A stretch of 64,000 bases of DNA from positions 2,046,001 through 2,110,000 of the forward strand of contig JAYWIR010000006.1 of NCBI GenBank assembly GCA_036172245.1, written 5' to 3'. The first letter of the stretch is position 1; each line of letters starts with the position of its first letter. The DNA comes from Raillietiella orientalis (taxonomy: Eukaryota). The notes under the pieces were generated by a model. It was not told the DNA's origin. It ran no database searches and saw only the letters and a list, made by a program, of their open reading frames with translations. The translations under genes were made by a program, and so were the position numbers. Positions 1 through 12,704 of the stretch are shown here, one piece after another.

Positions 1-609
1 TTTCCTGGAGTTGACGGGTCTGAGAGGAAACCATCAGTTTCCTGGAATGGGAGCTCCGTTCTTAGAGCACGGAAATGCTTAAAAGGAGACGCTTCTAAAG
101 GCAGTCCGCGCTCGTGTAAATTTGCGAAGGGTCTGAGGGATATTCAATTGGAAATGATGGAAATACCAGATGTGGGAAACATCGAATGGTTTCTTCTCTC
201 GTTCGGGTTGCTAATGAGGTAGCACGAATGGTTCAGCGGCTCTTAGGACTGATAAAACGTGAGGAGCAACGCTGATGAGACTTTCCCTGGAACTCATATC
301 AGCTGCTGACCACTGCAAGTCAATCTGGAAGAAAATGCTCGTCTTGCTGAGCGATGTGCGTTTTCGGCCGTGCACTGTGGCGAGGAAAATGTTGCTGTGA
401 CAGAGTTGCAAATTCGAGGTCGATCGATTTCTTCCTTATTCCCTCAGCTGTGTAACTTCGAGCGGAGAGGGAAAAAATGCGCAGTCTTACAGACTGAAGA
501 ATGGTCTATCTGATAGCATTTTTGGAGGAGACCTTCATTATCACGAAGCTGAGACGCTTGAGACGGGATGAAAAGTGAGTTGTGAGGAAAAAAGGAAAAA
601 AAAAAAAAC
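1..609 (+). mobile_element. Decayed CR1-like LINE ORF2 C-terminal fragment ending at an A-rich tract
   Basis: Collinear across frameshifts: PDVGNIEWFLLSF (~DLGV...LSF), ARMVQRLLGLIKR (~KA..MLGLIKR), LMRLSLEL..DHCKSIW (~L..LY..LEYCS.VW), YRLKNGL (~YKI.NGL). A-run at 588-608. Confidence 0.6.
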
Positions 610-664
610 ACTACATATTATGGGTAGAAATGAACGTGATTTCCACTAGAAAAGGCAGACACGC

Positions 665-1300
665 CGAGGACTTCATTAATGAATATGTTCTCATTGTGAA
701 GCAAGATGATTTATCATGGTGATGTCAGAAAAGCTTTTAAAACAAACAAAGAATTGAAAACAGGGAGTATGGAGTTACAGCGTAGCCGACAGTTACAAAG
801 CCTTAGTAAAGCCATACTCTTTGACTGTATGGCTTTATTAAACTTTTAAGGTCACAGTATCTGTACCAAGACTGGGACTGTGAAATCACATAAATTGCTT
901 TACTGCGTGTGTTTTAAGAAATAGTCTAAGAATGCTTTCCAATGATTTTGATGAGCGGATCGAGTTGCTGGGAGAATCACTAAGCTGAATTTCCGTTGAT
1001 TGACGTTGAGCCTGGAAAATGGTGTTGATCCTGAGGAAACATTAGAAGATGTCGAGTTGGCATAATCAGACAGCGCTACACCGTGATTCGGATAAAAGGC
1101 CTGACAAAGCAGGGAAGAAAAAAAACATCACCGTTATCACCAAGCGGGAATTTTATCTGAAGGTCATCGCTGTTTTTGCGCGTTGGACCTCTGAAACAGT
1201 TCGCTCAAGTAAAATCCAGAAAAAAAACTGGCCCATGAGCATTTAAAACCCTCATTTAAAGTTACTTGAAGGAGTGTCTTTTCCTAATGAGACCTCGGCC
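665..1300 (+). pseudogene. Casein kinase 1 (CK1/TTBK/VRK group)-like intronless pseudogene with internal deletion
   Basis: From 959 one frame reads IELLGESL...WKMVLIL...WHNQTALHRDSDKRPD..GKKKNITVI, compared with CK1 MELLGPSL...LKTVLLL...IHSKNFIHRDVKPD...GKKGNLVYI. Upstream NEYVLIVK/YHGDVRKAF resembles the N-lobe. Downstream SSLK*NPEKKLAHEHLKPSF resembles the C-terminal helices. Many stops; the DFG region is missing. Confidence 0.5.
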
Positions 1301-2255
1301 TCACATGAGCCTTGTCAACTCTCCAATCATCAAAAAGGGTCACGAAGGTAAAATCCTTTATGCTTTCCTTCATGGAAGAGAGACGACAGCACTAAGAATA
1401 CAATCGAGTGATGTCTTAACAGCGAAGAACACACAGATGCCGAGCATTTGACTCGACTCCATGGTCATTCAAGTTTCATATTTGAAGTCCAATATCACTT
1501 GAAACGCATGTAAGTGTTAGCAGATTCGCAGGGATGCAACCTGTGTCCGTGTTGTCTAGCGATCCCCCAAACACTATATGTAGCTGCAAAGTAATCGGAA
1601 ATTCGCCCACATGAGATTTAGTGAAAAAGAAAAAAAAGAAGAGTCAGGTTTGGAAGAAGGAATGCACGGAAGGAAATTCCCGTGGCTTCTGCCTTCTTTT
1701 CGATCTGTTCATCTCCTTCTATGTTGACGAGGTCTGGTACCTCTGGTCGGAGAATTTTCGAAGGTGACGTGGTGATGTTCCGGGGCAAGGCGAAGATGTT
1801 GGACGAGTGCAGGACCGGGATTGGATTCGTACCTGAAGCTCTTTGCCAAGCGCTGGGAGCCTTCTCCACGGAGACGGCCGCTTGCTTGATTTTCGGCGTC
1901 GCCCGCAACTTCGAGTTCCTATTGACACTCAAACTTGCAGTTCTATTCTTGTGCTTTTCAGGGTTTTCTAGACTTTGGGTCATGTAGATGTCCCTGCTTT
2001 GCTGAATATTCGACAGCATCTATTATAGTGGACTGGTTTCCGAACCGCCTGAATATTTCAAAACCCTTGCAGCACATCGTCGCTCTTGGATCAAAGAATC
2101 CCAATGATCCAACGACGGTCGCAGGAACTGATGCTTGGGGCTGCTGAGAGTGATACGGAAAGCGCGTGGCTTTCGAATCTTTCCTGTCTTTGATACTGAT
2201 GCAGGCCTTCGCCTTCCTTCCAAGTGCATTTTTTTTACCTTTCTTGTAAAGTGAT

Positions 2256-2760
2256 AAACCAATGCAGTGTGCTTCATGTGAAAAGCTATTCGATGTTCCT
2301 ATACAATGTACACAGATGTCATGCTTTGTGTGCATACAGATGCGTGGGATGCGGATCGCATCTTTGCTGCAGATCGTTAGCATTGCCTTTTCAGTGAGAC
2401 CTCTGCAACCAGAAATTTGGCAAGGAGAGACAAAGAGGGTGAAAAAATACCATCCAATCGAAACGGTTAGCGAATTTCCATATGGACCGATTTTCTGAAA
2501 TCTCGAATCCCGTTGACTCGAACTCTCTCTCATCTGAATCAGATGGACTGCACCTGGGATGCGGCTGTTTCCAGGTAGGTGAGTCGTCACTATCCTAAAC
2601 GAGCTCGAGAACCATCACCAACGGTGGAATGAACGCCTGCAAGTCATACTGGATGCACACCTGCTTGACAGAATGATTGGTTCCTGCGGCCATCCGGGTA
2701 GCGAAACCTCGAGGGGCTGAGGGAACAGCCGTCCCAAGATGGCTGCTTGTGATCACTAAT
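2256..2760 (+). mobile_element. Decayed LINE fragment: PHD-finger ORF1 remnant plus ORF2 linker
   Basis: CASCEKLFDVPIQCT/RCHALCAYRCVG with a frameshift (PHD-like Cys spacing, typical of CR1/L2 ORF1). Followed by QRWNERLQVILDAH and PRWLL (ORF2 linker-like). Confidence 0.45.
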
Positions 2761-2779
2761 TACGAGTGATCCGACGTTT

Positions 2780-3170
2780 TGCCTGCAAGTCGGCATGCGC
2801 TCCAAATCCTGTTCAGCTGTGGGAAGTCTTCTTTCTTATCCATCTGCTTTATCTGGTTCTGTGGATTCGCGTTCCAGCAAGTGATCTTCCGATGCACTGC
2901 AGAAACGGTACTTGGGTTGTCGTTGAAGCCCGGATGAACGGAATCGAAGAGTTCGGACTGCTTCTCGAAATCACTATTCGACGAGTGGCATGAATCGTAA
3001 CGGGATGCCGCGCCCCTGAAAGATGCATCACACATATTTCAGACGTGACTTTCATGCGGAGGTCGAATCCGAAAATCTCAACGGGAGTCGAGAGGGTGTG
3101 CGGATGCTTGCTCGTTAGCTGGGAGTCATCTTGCAAGTTCGAAAAGCTGCTAAGCTGCTCCATGCTCACT
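2780..3170 (-). mobile_element. Decayed LINE RT fragment (domains 2/2a)
   Basis: RHPVTI../SDFEKQSELFDSVHPGFNDNPSTVSAV resembles YRPISI..K.FEK...L...QHGFR...ST..A. Confidence 0.5.
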
Positions 3171-3339
3171 CATTTTCTCCTGAGCCACGCTCCGAAGAGG
3201 GAACACAAATAGATGGTAAGTCTAGAGACTTTTATCGGTGTGTACTTCACTCCGAACAAGAAAGCACTGATGGAGAGGAGTCCACCCTCAAAATATGTCA
3301 CCAGTTTCTAAAACTGCAAGATCCAAAAATACCTGCAAC

Positions 3340-3610
3340 GACAAGCATGTGCGCTTTTGTAAATGCACGTATGCAGGCATAAAAATGGGTGTGTGTACAA
3401 CTGCATGCACACAAATACATTTACAAAAGTGCGCCAACCCTTACATGGAAGCACACATGAGCACATGACACGACATACATTATGGATGTACACTCATTTT
3501 TAATGCACATGGACTTGTGTAGACCTCGATTTTTACGCATACATATGCTTACGTCTATGAGCACACAATGCAGACGTATAGACTTCGTTCACGTACCTTC
3601 CATATGTTCT
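3340..3610. repeat. Low-complexity alternating purine/pyrimidine tract with an imperfect inverted repeat
   Basis: Rich in ATGC/CACA/TACA. 3349-3365 gtgcgcttttgtaaatg pairs with 3418-3434 catttacaaaagtgcgc (two G-T mismatches). Confidence 0.6.
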
Positions 3611-3950
3611 GTTCCTAAGTATTTTGGCGATATCAAAGAGGACACTAATTTTCCAAAACATGAACGTTGCATTCGTCTTTTGGAGAGGATTGAGAGGGTT
3701 GTTAAGATGGCAGTTGCCAGGCAAGAACTGAAACATCCCTTGAAAGGGGAGATTTCGCCATCCATTGCGGACGGCCTACGTCCTCTGGGACCATACATCT
3801 ACTTCAAGTTTTCTTTGCATGCATGGAGCACAACGGAGGAAGATGCTTTCAGGAGTGCATCTGAACCAAAGGATGAATTTTTGCGTTTAAAGCATCGATG
3901 ATAGGAAGTGGAAGAACCGTTTTATCAGTTATCGTAACAACTCAATGCCT
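3610..3950 (+). mobile_element. Decayed LINE RT thumb-region fragment
   Basis: KYFGDIKEDTNFPKHERCI...LKGEISPSI...P..Y....W resembles KYLG..LD..L.F..H...K..IY....P...Y....W. Confidence 0.5.
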
Positions 3951-5649
3951 ATTAAAGTTTGCTTGCGTTTCTATCCATCTTTTTCCTTCTTAAAGTTTGA
4001 AGAGTGTCGTAGGAATGCTTCAGCATGCTCATCTGTTTCAGAAAGAACATCTTCTACCAACTGCAAACAAAGCATCAACACCTGCCGCTACTTCTGAGGG
4101 TGGCAAATCGTGACGTTTCACGAGTACCATGAAGTCACTCGGCTCCTGACCACCTGGACCTTCCATTCGCGGACTATGGCCGAGGACCCCCCGTGAAAAA
4201 TTGCGCCATGCGTCGGCCGGAAGTCAAGCAAACTGGAGAGCGACTTCCTGCGGCAAAGGATATCTCTCCCTGGTGCCCTGGTGTGACGGAAAACCTGCGA
4301 ACTGGGATGCTTTAGCACGGAAGGAGGGGATCTCACAAGAAGAGGATCGATCGCTCTTGAACCAAGTAGGCGGCAGTGCTCCAGCACGTCTGGCGAAGCC
4401 GCTTCCGTGAAACCGTTCCAGTGAATGGAGTGGACGCAGTCTCCTGTTCGTGACGGAAACGGCATGGCACGTCCAGCTTTAGAAGTTCCTCGCTCATCTC
4501 ACGAGTATTTTCAGATGTTAGATCCCCCGGTTATCACAGGTATCGGTTTCAGATGAATGAGAGACTGCCTCTTAAGTCAATGGCCACTTTTGTGCAGAGC
4601 CTAGATCCACACGAGTCTCGGAAATCGCATTGGCGGCACGAGTGGCATCGGCCCACTGGTTCACCCCGGCAGAACCCCTCAGCCAGTCGAACTCCGGCAC
4701 GCAGACGTGACATGGAGACGCTTGCGGATGACTCCGCACATTCCGAAACGCCGCCTTTCACCATCGAGATCACTCAGCTGTACGCGAGGGAAATCTTCCC
4801 CAGCTGTCCTCAAAAGCTGCACGAGTGGTCCCATCAACATTTGCTCGTTGTCCGCTTTTTATACTTCCTTTGCACTTCCTGGTTCCTAACGATGAGTCGG
4901 TCTCCAGTCCGCCATCAGTTCTCGTGAACTTTATGAGACGAACCGGAAGAGTTTGCGGGGTATCACAAAAGATATCAAAAGTTTGATTTGTCTCCCGTTC
5001 TCTTGTCTTTATTGACTCGTGACAAATGGAAAACAAGAAGTGGAGTTCGAAAGAAGCTGAAGGTTGAATCTTAAGCTGAGGAGTTTCCCACGCTTCTTCC
5101 GAAGCGATGGATGCTCAAAGATGCTTAGGACAGGCATTTCCCATCTTTCCTCGTTGCACTCCTAGGTGGAAAAGAAACGAAGTAGAGTTCAAAGAAACGA
5201 ACGTTGAGGATGAACAAGGATGAGATTTTCCTAATGCAAACAGTCAGGAATGAAATAAGCATGAAAGCAGCTCTGATGTCAATGCATCACACGGACCAAT
5301 TTTCTTGAGTTGGAAGCATATTGAATTCTTCTCCGAGAAGTCATTCCTTAACAGTTTCTTTCCAGATTCTTCCAGCAACGGACAAAAGTAGGGTCCACTG
5401 TTTGTGCCTCGAACTCCTTCGGCAAGCATCGCATCTACGAGAAAGTGCATCGCTCACTAGGTGAAACACTCGGCTCGTCCTTGCATTTAAGGCAACAGCC
5501 GGGAGAAAATTCTCAAGATGCAGTTGTGGGTGTGTTGCCAAGCTCGACTCTTGAAAACGAGCACTCGATGTAGCCTTGTTAAGAGATCGAAACGTGTGGA
5601 GATCATGGAGAGTGTCTCTTAGGTTCGGACTCTCTCGTCACAGGGGGCA

Positions 5650-6150
5650 CTCCAACTCGACAGGGAAAAATCAGAAACCGTTGACTCAAGAACTCTTCGC
5701 GATGCTGAGGTGGGCAGAATCCGGATATGAAACCCCACCATCCATCATCGCAGCCCCGTGTTCAGAGATTGCATCCGCACCTCAAGTCTCCTGAATCGCT
5801 TTCCTCTAGGAAATCAGTTCAGCTCCAAGGCAGATCACCTCGTGCTAATAGCGGATAATTCCCGCATGAGCCGAAACAGACGGTGAGATGAAAATAAACA
5901 GCGGAGCTCCAATAACTTGAATGCCGGTTCCATCAAAAATTTCCGTGAGATGGGTGCTTCCTGGCAGTAAAGAATTGAGAAAGCACTTTGCAAAGAGCTT
6001 GGGTTTGAAAATGGAATAATGATGCAGCTGACTCTGAAGATCGTTCGCTTCAAAAAGTATGAAGCCGTAAAAGGTAATCTCTGTTGTTGAGTCTGCAAAG
6101 AACCGTGGATTGGAAGTCATATCATTCAAGCGCTGAATGAGTTCGCGACT
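5650..6150 (+). mobile_element. Decayed LINE RT fragment (domains 4-7)
   Basis: SKADHLVLIADNS (~YADDLVLIA.S), NLNAGSIK (~L.IN..KTK) and VRFKKY (~V..FKYLG) in order. Confidence 0.55.
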
Positions 6151-7599
6151 TTGAAGCTCAGGTTGCAGCGTTGGACACTAATAATCTCCCGGAAGTGTTA
6201 CAAGTATCAGTGTAAATATAAGGATCCATATGAAATCTGCTGCCAAGCATCCGAGGGTCATGGAAACCAAAAGATAAGCGAAGAAGGCTTGACCAAGTCC
6301 CCGTCATAGCAAGGGTAGTACACCACGGCATCAACTACAAAGCATAAAACCGACTGTTGAGCATAAAAGATGAAACTGACTGTTAACAGAGATGCTTACT
6401 TTGAAAATGGATTTCTATAACCCTTGAATGTGCAGTGAAATCTTCACAGATGCATGACAACTGAATCAAAGCCGTCACATCTCATGAACGATAAATAATC
6501 AGTTTCTTACTGATATACTGTGAAGAGGAAAGGAGTTCCCTGTTGCTCTTTCTTCGAAGGAGAATCAGAAAAGACCGAAGAGTTTTATTCCAGATTTCTT
6601 CTCTCAGGGAAGGACAAATGGCACGAATGCTAAGGAACACAAGTTCTTATCGTTAGCACACATCTAAATGTATTCCTGCTATGAATAACAAGGAAAGCTG
6701 CGCAAACTCAATCGCGAAGTTTCTGGTTTTCACACGAGACTGTTTTGGAATCGCCTTAGAATGTTGTTGGCTAGATGATAGAATGCAGCCGCGCTTGTCG
6801 GCAATCCCAAAGCAGCCGAAACAGGAACGATAAAAATGTGGGAGTAGCGCAGTGAAAAATGGAATCGAAAACTAGAGTAGGAGTGACGGCAGAGATAAGT
6901 TTGAAAGCGCCCGAAGAAAAATTTGGCGATTTCCCCCGGACATACTCAGGTTCAAACCGAACCTTTAAGAAAGTCGTCCAGCAAAAATTCCTCACCTTCC
7001 CCAAAGTGCACCACCCGAATGCCACTGACACCACGCGCCAGAAGATGTTTGTCTGGATGACGCCGTGCCAATTGAATTCGAAGCATTCTAAGCCCCCTGA
7101 TCAGTCATGAACAAAGACAACGTATTAAATGTTGATGACATCGCTGATGGCATAGCGGAAGGTTCTTCATGCTTATTGCCATCTAAATTTAGATGGCATG
7201 ATGAGGTATGAAATTAAGCGGTCGCCTAATAATAGGCATTATGTCTAATAGATGCAGCTACTATTTTCAGATGCACTCTAAATATGATTCCAGGATATTA
7301 GAGGATATAATCATGCTATTATTTATAGTACTCGATAAATAATAGGTATAATGGAATCGTGCAATCTCAAGAATTTGCACATGAATGAGACTCAACAGAA
7401 GAAAGTCTTCGGCATCCCTGAATCCAATTAAGATAATGCTTCAGGTTTCATTGAAAAAGCAAAATTTGATCCAACTAATTCTGATGAACCGAATGGCGCT
7501 CACGAAAGCCATGATGATGCAGCCTGAAATGTAGGAAGATAGCACCGTTGGTCCATCGATCGCCAGTTACGAAGAAGACTTTTGTCTGCCAATTGTCCG

Positions 7600-8200
7600 C
7601 GTGCTTTTGATTAAGGCAAAAGCAATTTTTCTGTTCCTGCGTTCGCAGATGGGAAAAAAAATATTCGTTTGATTATATCGGAATAGAGATATTCCCTTTT
7701 GCTTCGCCGTCCACAGGCGTATTCGCGGATGTACATCTCGCAATGCAGTCATTTTGGAAGTGGATGCTGATAATGTTTTGATCTCACAGCATCGTGACTC
7801 GACATATAATTCAAGATGATTTCATCTATGAAGCAAGGATCGGAATGGTAGTTGAAAGCAAGAATTTCGATTCGCAGAAAAGAATCTGCGAGGGATGCCC
7901 TGGACTACCAGAGTTTATAATGGCTTCTTGAGCTAATATATCACTTTTGCACTGATAAATGGCAAGATGGAATTCTGGACTCGAATTGAAAAGGGGATAC
8001 ATGGCAAGTGTTGCCAGAGAACGAAAAGAATCAAGAGTGAGCAAGATGCACCCAGTTCCGGGGGAAGGGAGAGAGGGCATCGCATTTCGAATTATGCTAA
8101 TAACACACGCGAATATAAGGGAGGGAAAGGGGTATCTCGTTAGTCCGAACGGATCCGAAACGACGATTCAAATTCTTAATTGTTTCCGCATCTTCTGATG
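7600..8200 (+). mobile_element. Decayed LINE RT fragment
   Basis: VHRRIRGC (~V.RG.RQGC), EVDADNVLIS (~YADDVVLIS), IGMVVESK (~IGL.IN..K). Confidence 0.5.
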
Positions 8201-8339
8201 CCGATTTTTTCCATTTGTTTTGCTTATCACTGCAGGGCTCCTTTCGTAAACTCGGAAAATGGAGGTCATGTTTTTTCTTTTTGGGCCTTTCTTCGAAGTC
8301 CTCCGAAGAGCCGGGATTGAGGCCTGGGGATTCTGATGA

Positions 8340-9297
8340 CAGTTTTAATTGCACCCGCTTTTAAAAAGGAATCCCTTATCAGTGTGCAGATGCGCACGCG
8401 AAGGTGAAATAATCGCAGGTTCCAGTGGAACCGGCACTTTGTCTCGGACAGGAGGGAAATTTGCTCCCTTCTTTCCAGCTCTTTCTAGGATTCGTTTCCG
8501 TTATCTTCCAGTGTCTGCAGCCTCCTGGCTTGAGACAAAACAGAATAGCGATTTTATCTCCAAGGAGGAAAATTGCCTGCTTCTAGTCGTCTCGGACTTT
8601 CAAGAATCCGTGCCCCAGAACTGCACGTGCGAGCCTTGAATGATGCAGAGAATTTCTGTGACCTTGTGAATGACCGTTTTCACGCATCCCAAACCTGGTC
8701 GGGCGCCGTTTCCAGGATTGGCTTTAAAACTTCCCAGACGAATTCCCGATGCTCTGAATTCGAGGATGAGCAGAGCAAACACCGCAGCCGTGCTCCCTGC
8801 TTCCTGCTCTCGGAAACGGTTGTGCCCTGCATGGTGACGAGACCATTTCCGCAACCGCGATGAACGGGAATCGACTCCAAGGATCCGCTTGCCGATAGTC
8901 GAAGTTCCATTGCTCTGAGGGGCACCAGAATTCATTCCCAATGGCAGATGGTGTCCGCAGGCGAAGGTTCCCTTATTGCAGATTGGGTCTGCCCCGCTCA
9001 GCTGAAAAGAGGTGCGAAGCAGTCGTCCGACTGCAGCGAACTTTGGAAAGAAAAGCATCGGTTTTACTCGTTGCTCGGAAACCAGAAGGACGAGACTTCG
9101 CATCCGCTAGACAGCCTCCAGATAGGTAGTGAGATAGTCTGAGAACGCCGAGCACACGAAGAGTCTTATCTTCTCTCTCAACAAAGGCGATCTCATTGCA
9201 AAGCTCTTCCCAGTAGCATCAGCAGCAGGAAGCACCATTCCCATGTGTGAAAAATGCATTCTCCTGACAAGGAAACCTTTAATGTGTTTTTTGCAGC
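8340..9297 (+). mobile_element. Decayed LINE ORF2 fragment (endonuclease end plus linker)
   Basis: QVPVEPAL..EGNLL (~Q.V..PT...N.LD), ENF...QTWSGAV, HRSRAP, KHRFYSLL and KETFNVFFAA (~A..FN.FF.S) in order. Confidence 0.55.
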
Positions 9298-9381
9298 AAC
9301 TAACCTACCTAACTAGCCTAAACTAACCTAGAGTACCTGACATGACCTAGCCTCATTTACCTAATTTAACCCGACCTAACC
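9298..9381 (+). repeat. Degenerate (AACCT/CCTAA)n pentamer tract
   Basis: taacctacctaactagcctaaactaacctag...acctaatttaacccgacctaacc. Confidence 0.65.
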
Positions 9382-9539
9382 GACACCTGCTGTCGAGTGA
9401 TACGGACGAAGATGAACAACTCGAGGAAATGGGTGAGGTCCTACTCTTCATTTCTTTGCAGGATCTTTTAAATAAAGAAAGTCACAAAAGTAAGAAAGTA
9501 GTGGAAGGAATAGAGTCTTTAGCTTTTAGTGAATAAATC

Positions 9540-10300
9540 GAGTGGATGAATCCGCATTAGAGACCTTGGGATGTACATTCCCAGGGTTGCCACCAGTGGT
9601 CGCTCGAGCTAGATATCAATGTGCGTCCTCAAGAATTGTCCGTGTACCCTTGGATTTCCACTCGGACAGGAAGTGTGATGGAAGAAGGAACGAAACAAAA
9701 TCAAAGGCTCTCCAAGACACACAACTCCAGATTTCTGTCCGGGATTCCTCCGAGCATGATTGGGGGTTCAACTCAGTCAACAGCACACCAGTCGTGAAAT
9801 TTTGAGGAATTCTCGAGAACCTTAATGAAGGCGCTGCGACTACAGGAGTGATCCAACGTGGAATTGCAGGGTTACCCACCGCTCGTTTCTCGACTCGTTT
9901 TCTCCGTTCATCAGCAAAGGAAATTCGACGAGCGAATCTTTGAGGATGAGCTAAAGGTAGATGGGGCAACGCTTTTTGGTCTTTTCCGGGGTCGGAACCA
10001 ACGGTTAAGGAGGACCATCCCGTCACTTTTTGAAGCTTTTGCCCTTTCGCAAAGGCGAATCTTACGGTTTCGAGAGAGATCAGGACAATCGGAATTCAGG
10101 ACAATTCCTAAGAGACATACATTCTGGTACCCCAAAATTCAAACACTTTGGTCTTCTAGTACGGATTGTCTTTTTAATGATGGATTGCGTGGACTGCACT
10201 GGCAGCTCTCGATGCGAAAGAGGTGCAAAGGAAGCGCTTTTGGTTTCTCCTGCTCTCGTGTTCCGAGAACTACCCTCAAACCCTCCTTGAAGTCGCATGG
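9540..10300 (+). mobile_element. Probable decayed LINE ORF2 fragment (endonuclease/linker)
   Basis: HDWGFN (~GDFN) and RKFDERIFEDEL...LFEAF (linker-like). Confidence 0.4.
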
Positions 10301-10309
10301 GTGTATTTG

Positions 10310-11060
10310 AAAGCAGCAACTGCCCACACATTATCCGCAGAACTACCACATGATTTTGCCACACAGAACCACGCACAGGACTGCCATGACAGAACTGCCC
10401 ATAAAAGTGGAACGTAGCGTCCCGTTTCTCCTGTTCTTGTTTGGGTCTGCTGTACGAGAAGGCAGAGCCTCGTATCAGACCGTCCTCAATGTCCAAGCGC
10501 CTGCAGTCGCGAGCGAGCGTGCGTCCCTTGCGCCCTGACGTCAGCAGGTTCCGAGGTCTTCCAGGACCTGCTGCCATCCTGGCAGCGGCGGCGGTGCTGA
10601 AGCAGCGGCTACCACTACTTGCTCCTTCTCTTGTCCCGCGGCTGGGTTGTGGTGACGTCGGGACACATGGAGCGACCTTTCCAGCAGACTCTGCCACCTC
10701 ACCCCCATTGCTGAACCGCGGGGGAAGAGTTATACGCTGGAAGCATCCCTTCAGAATTCTCTCCGAAGGAGTTACAAGGAGCGGTTCCTTAGCGGGTTCC
10801 TTCCGGAGAAGAAATCCCAAGAGCGGATCCTTTCTGGATTCCCTTCGGAGAAGACAAAATAGAGCAGTCCCCTCTGGAGAAAATGAGAAATAGCCTTCCC
10901 TTCGGGATTTCCTCCCGAGCGTAAGTGGAACAGACTCCTTCTTCTGGAGTCCTTCCTGAATGCATAGGGTGGTCCCTCCCGGCGTACTCTCTATCTCGAA
11001 GAGTGGGGCGCGTTCTCACGCACGTGCCCTCTATCGAGGGAATTAGGGGAGCCCACGGGA
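10310..11060 (-). repeat. Unknown family copy (5' module plus diverged ORF domain)
   Basis: 10690-11060 is a reverse-complement homologue of 12730-13060. Minus frame has GRPRNLL and EKRDATFHF....W.NHVVVLR, resembling ORF 59171. Confidence 0.6.
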
Positions 11061-12704
11061 GCTGTGGTCACGCTGCTTGCCTGCCTGCTTTCCAGGACGA
11101 GCGAATCGAGATCCTCGTGAAAAAGAGAGGTCGGGAAAGTTCCTCGGAATTCGTGAGCAATCCGGAAGTCCACTCTCAACTGATGTGGCAGCAACCCATG
11201 AACTCTGAGTTGGTCAAGGGCCTCCGAACCAAGGAGAAGAACAAGAAGTTGGTGCAGTTGGCGAGGAGATGCTCTATAAAAAAGTGGATTTTTATCTCCA
11301 AGAGCGTGGAGAGCCTATTCGGCAATTAGTGACGAAAACGTTGGCACAAAACCTCCTGAACCCGAGATCCACAACGCCGCCTGGGAAGAGGAGGAGGACA
11401 GTGCCACCCACCATGAATACAGGCAATCAGTGAACCAACCTGTTGCCTGTCAGGACCGGCAGCATCATCAGCAACCTCTGGTATTCCACGATTCCTAAGT
11501 AGAACCAAACCATGGGTCGGTATGCAGGAGCAAGGAGCTTTGCAAGATCAAGAAGCAGGAGACGCAGGAGACGCAGGGAGATCCCTATAGTTCCTCCGGA
11601 GGCCTCGGCGGAGCACCCCCATGGTAATCACAGATTCTTTGGTGGACTCGCTTCCCGGCATGGATGAATTTTTCCCACTCTTCCATGTCCCCCCTCGTCT
11701 GCGTCTCTCGGCTGGTGATTATCGCACTCTTGTTGGGGTGCGAATGGTGGGTTTCTCCTGCGGCGATGCTCTCGAAGATGTCCTCTGCGAAGCTGGTCGT
11801 GGCCTTCCTCGAGACGTGCACCACCTGCTTCAGGAATCACGTAGATGAAGATGAACGCAGCTACTTTACCCCTCCTCCACGCTTCCTTCGCATCTCCTTT
11901 GCTGATTCTTCGCCGAGCTTCGCCGTATTTCTTCGCAATCTTTCCACTGCCAGACTTAAAGACCACCACGCTCTTCTGCACTTGGTACGTCTTTCATTCG
12001 CTGGGTAGCACACACGGCACGGCGCCCAGTAGCACTCAGCATGCTCAGAAATGGAAAGCGGTCGAGGCCGTACCGCTCGTAATATTTCGTATTCTATAAG
12101 CACCTGTGGATGGATTTCCCGTAATCCGAACGGGGCCACTGACATTTACATCCGTGGACATGAGCTGGATCCATAATGGGAACTTCAAGCAAGCAGTTTC
12201 TCTCCGAAGACAAGAAACGGCTCCTTCGAAAGAAAACGCCAACTTCGGCGTTCGAAAGACGCGGAGCATTCGAGGCACTCTCGAATTTCCGGTCAAGAAG
12301 TAACTTTTTACGACAAGCTCGAGGGCCGGAATACTCTCGAAGCGCATCTTCGGCATGCAGGAAGCCCAAGTGCGCGTCCCCTTCGTCGAGGAGCTGCTCG
12401 CGCAAAGAAATCGACTCCATTTGCATCCGCATTCCCACGTCTCCTCTCCCTTCCTCCTCTCGCTGCACCCCACTTGCTCCGTCGCATACTCATGAGTTGG
12501 GCCGCAGTGCAAGGCTCTTGCGCTTCGAGGAGGGGTCCTCCAGTCCGCATCAATGCAAACCCTCAGGTTACGCGAACCGTCACCCTGCGAGCAAGGAAAG
12601 ATTCAGGATGCGAAGAGACCTTCTCGGACTCTTGTCGTAATGGACAACCTTGGTAAGCACTCGAAAGCCTCCAAGGGAAATGCGGAAGCTTTTGGGTTCG
12701 CTAA

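Noticed and set aside
2226..2370. C1 (DAG-binding) domain of a host gene
   Set aside because: The Cys spacing plus RCVG and the adjacent LINE linker fit a PHD-type ORF1 better. Not fully excluded.
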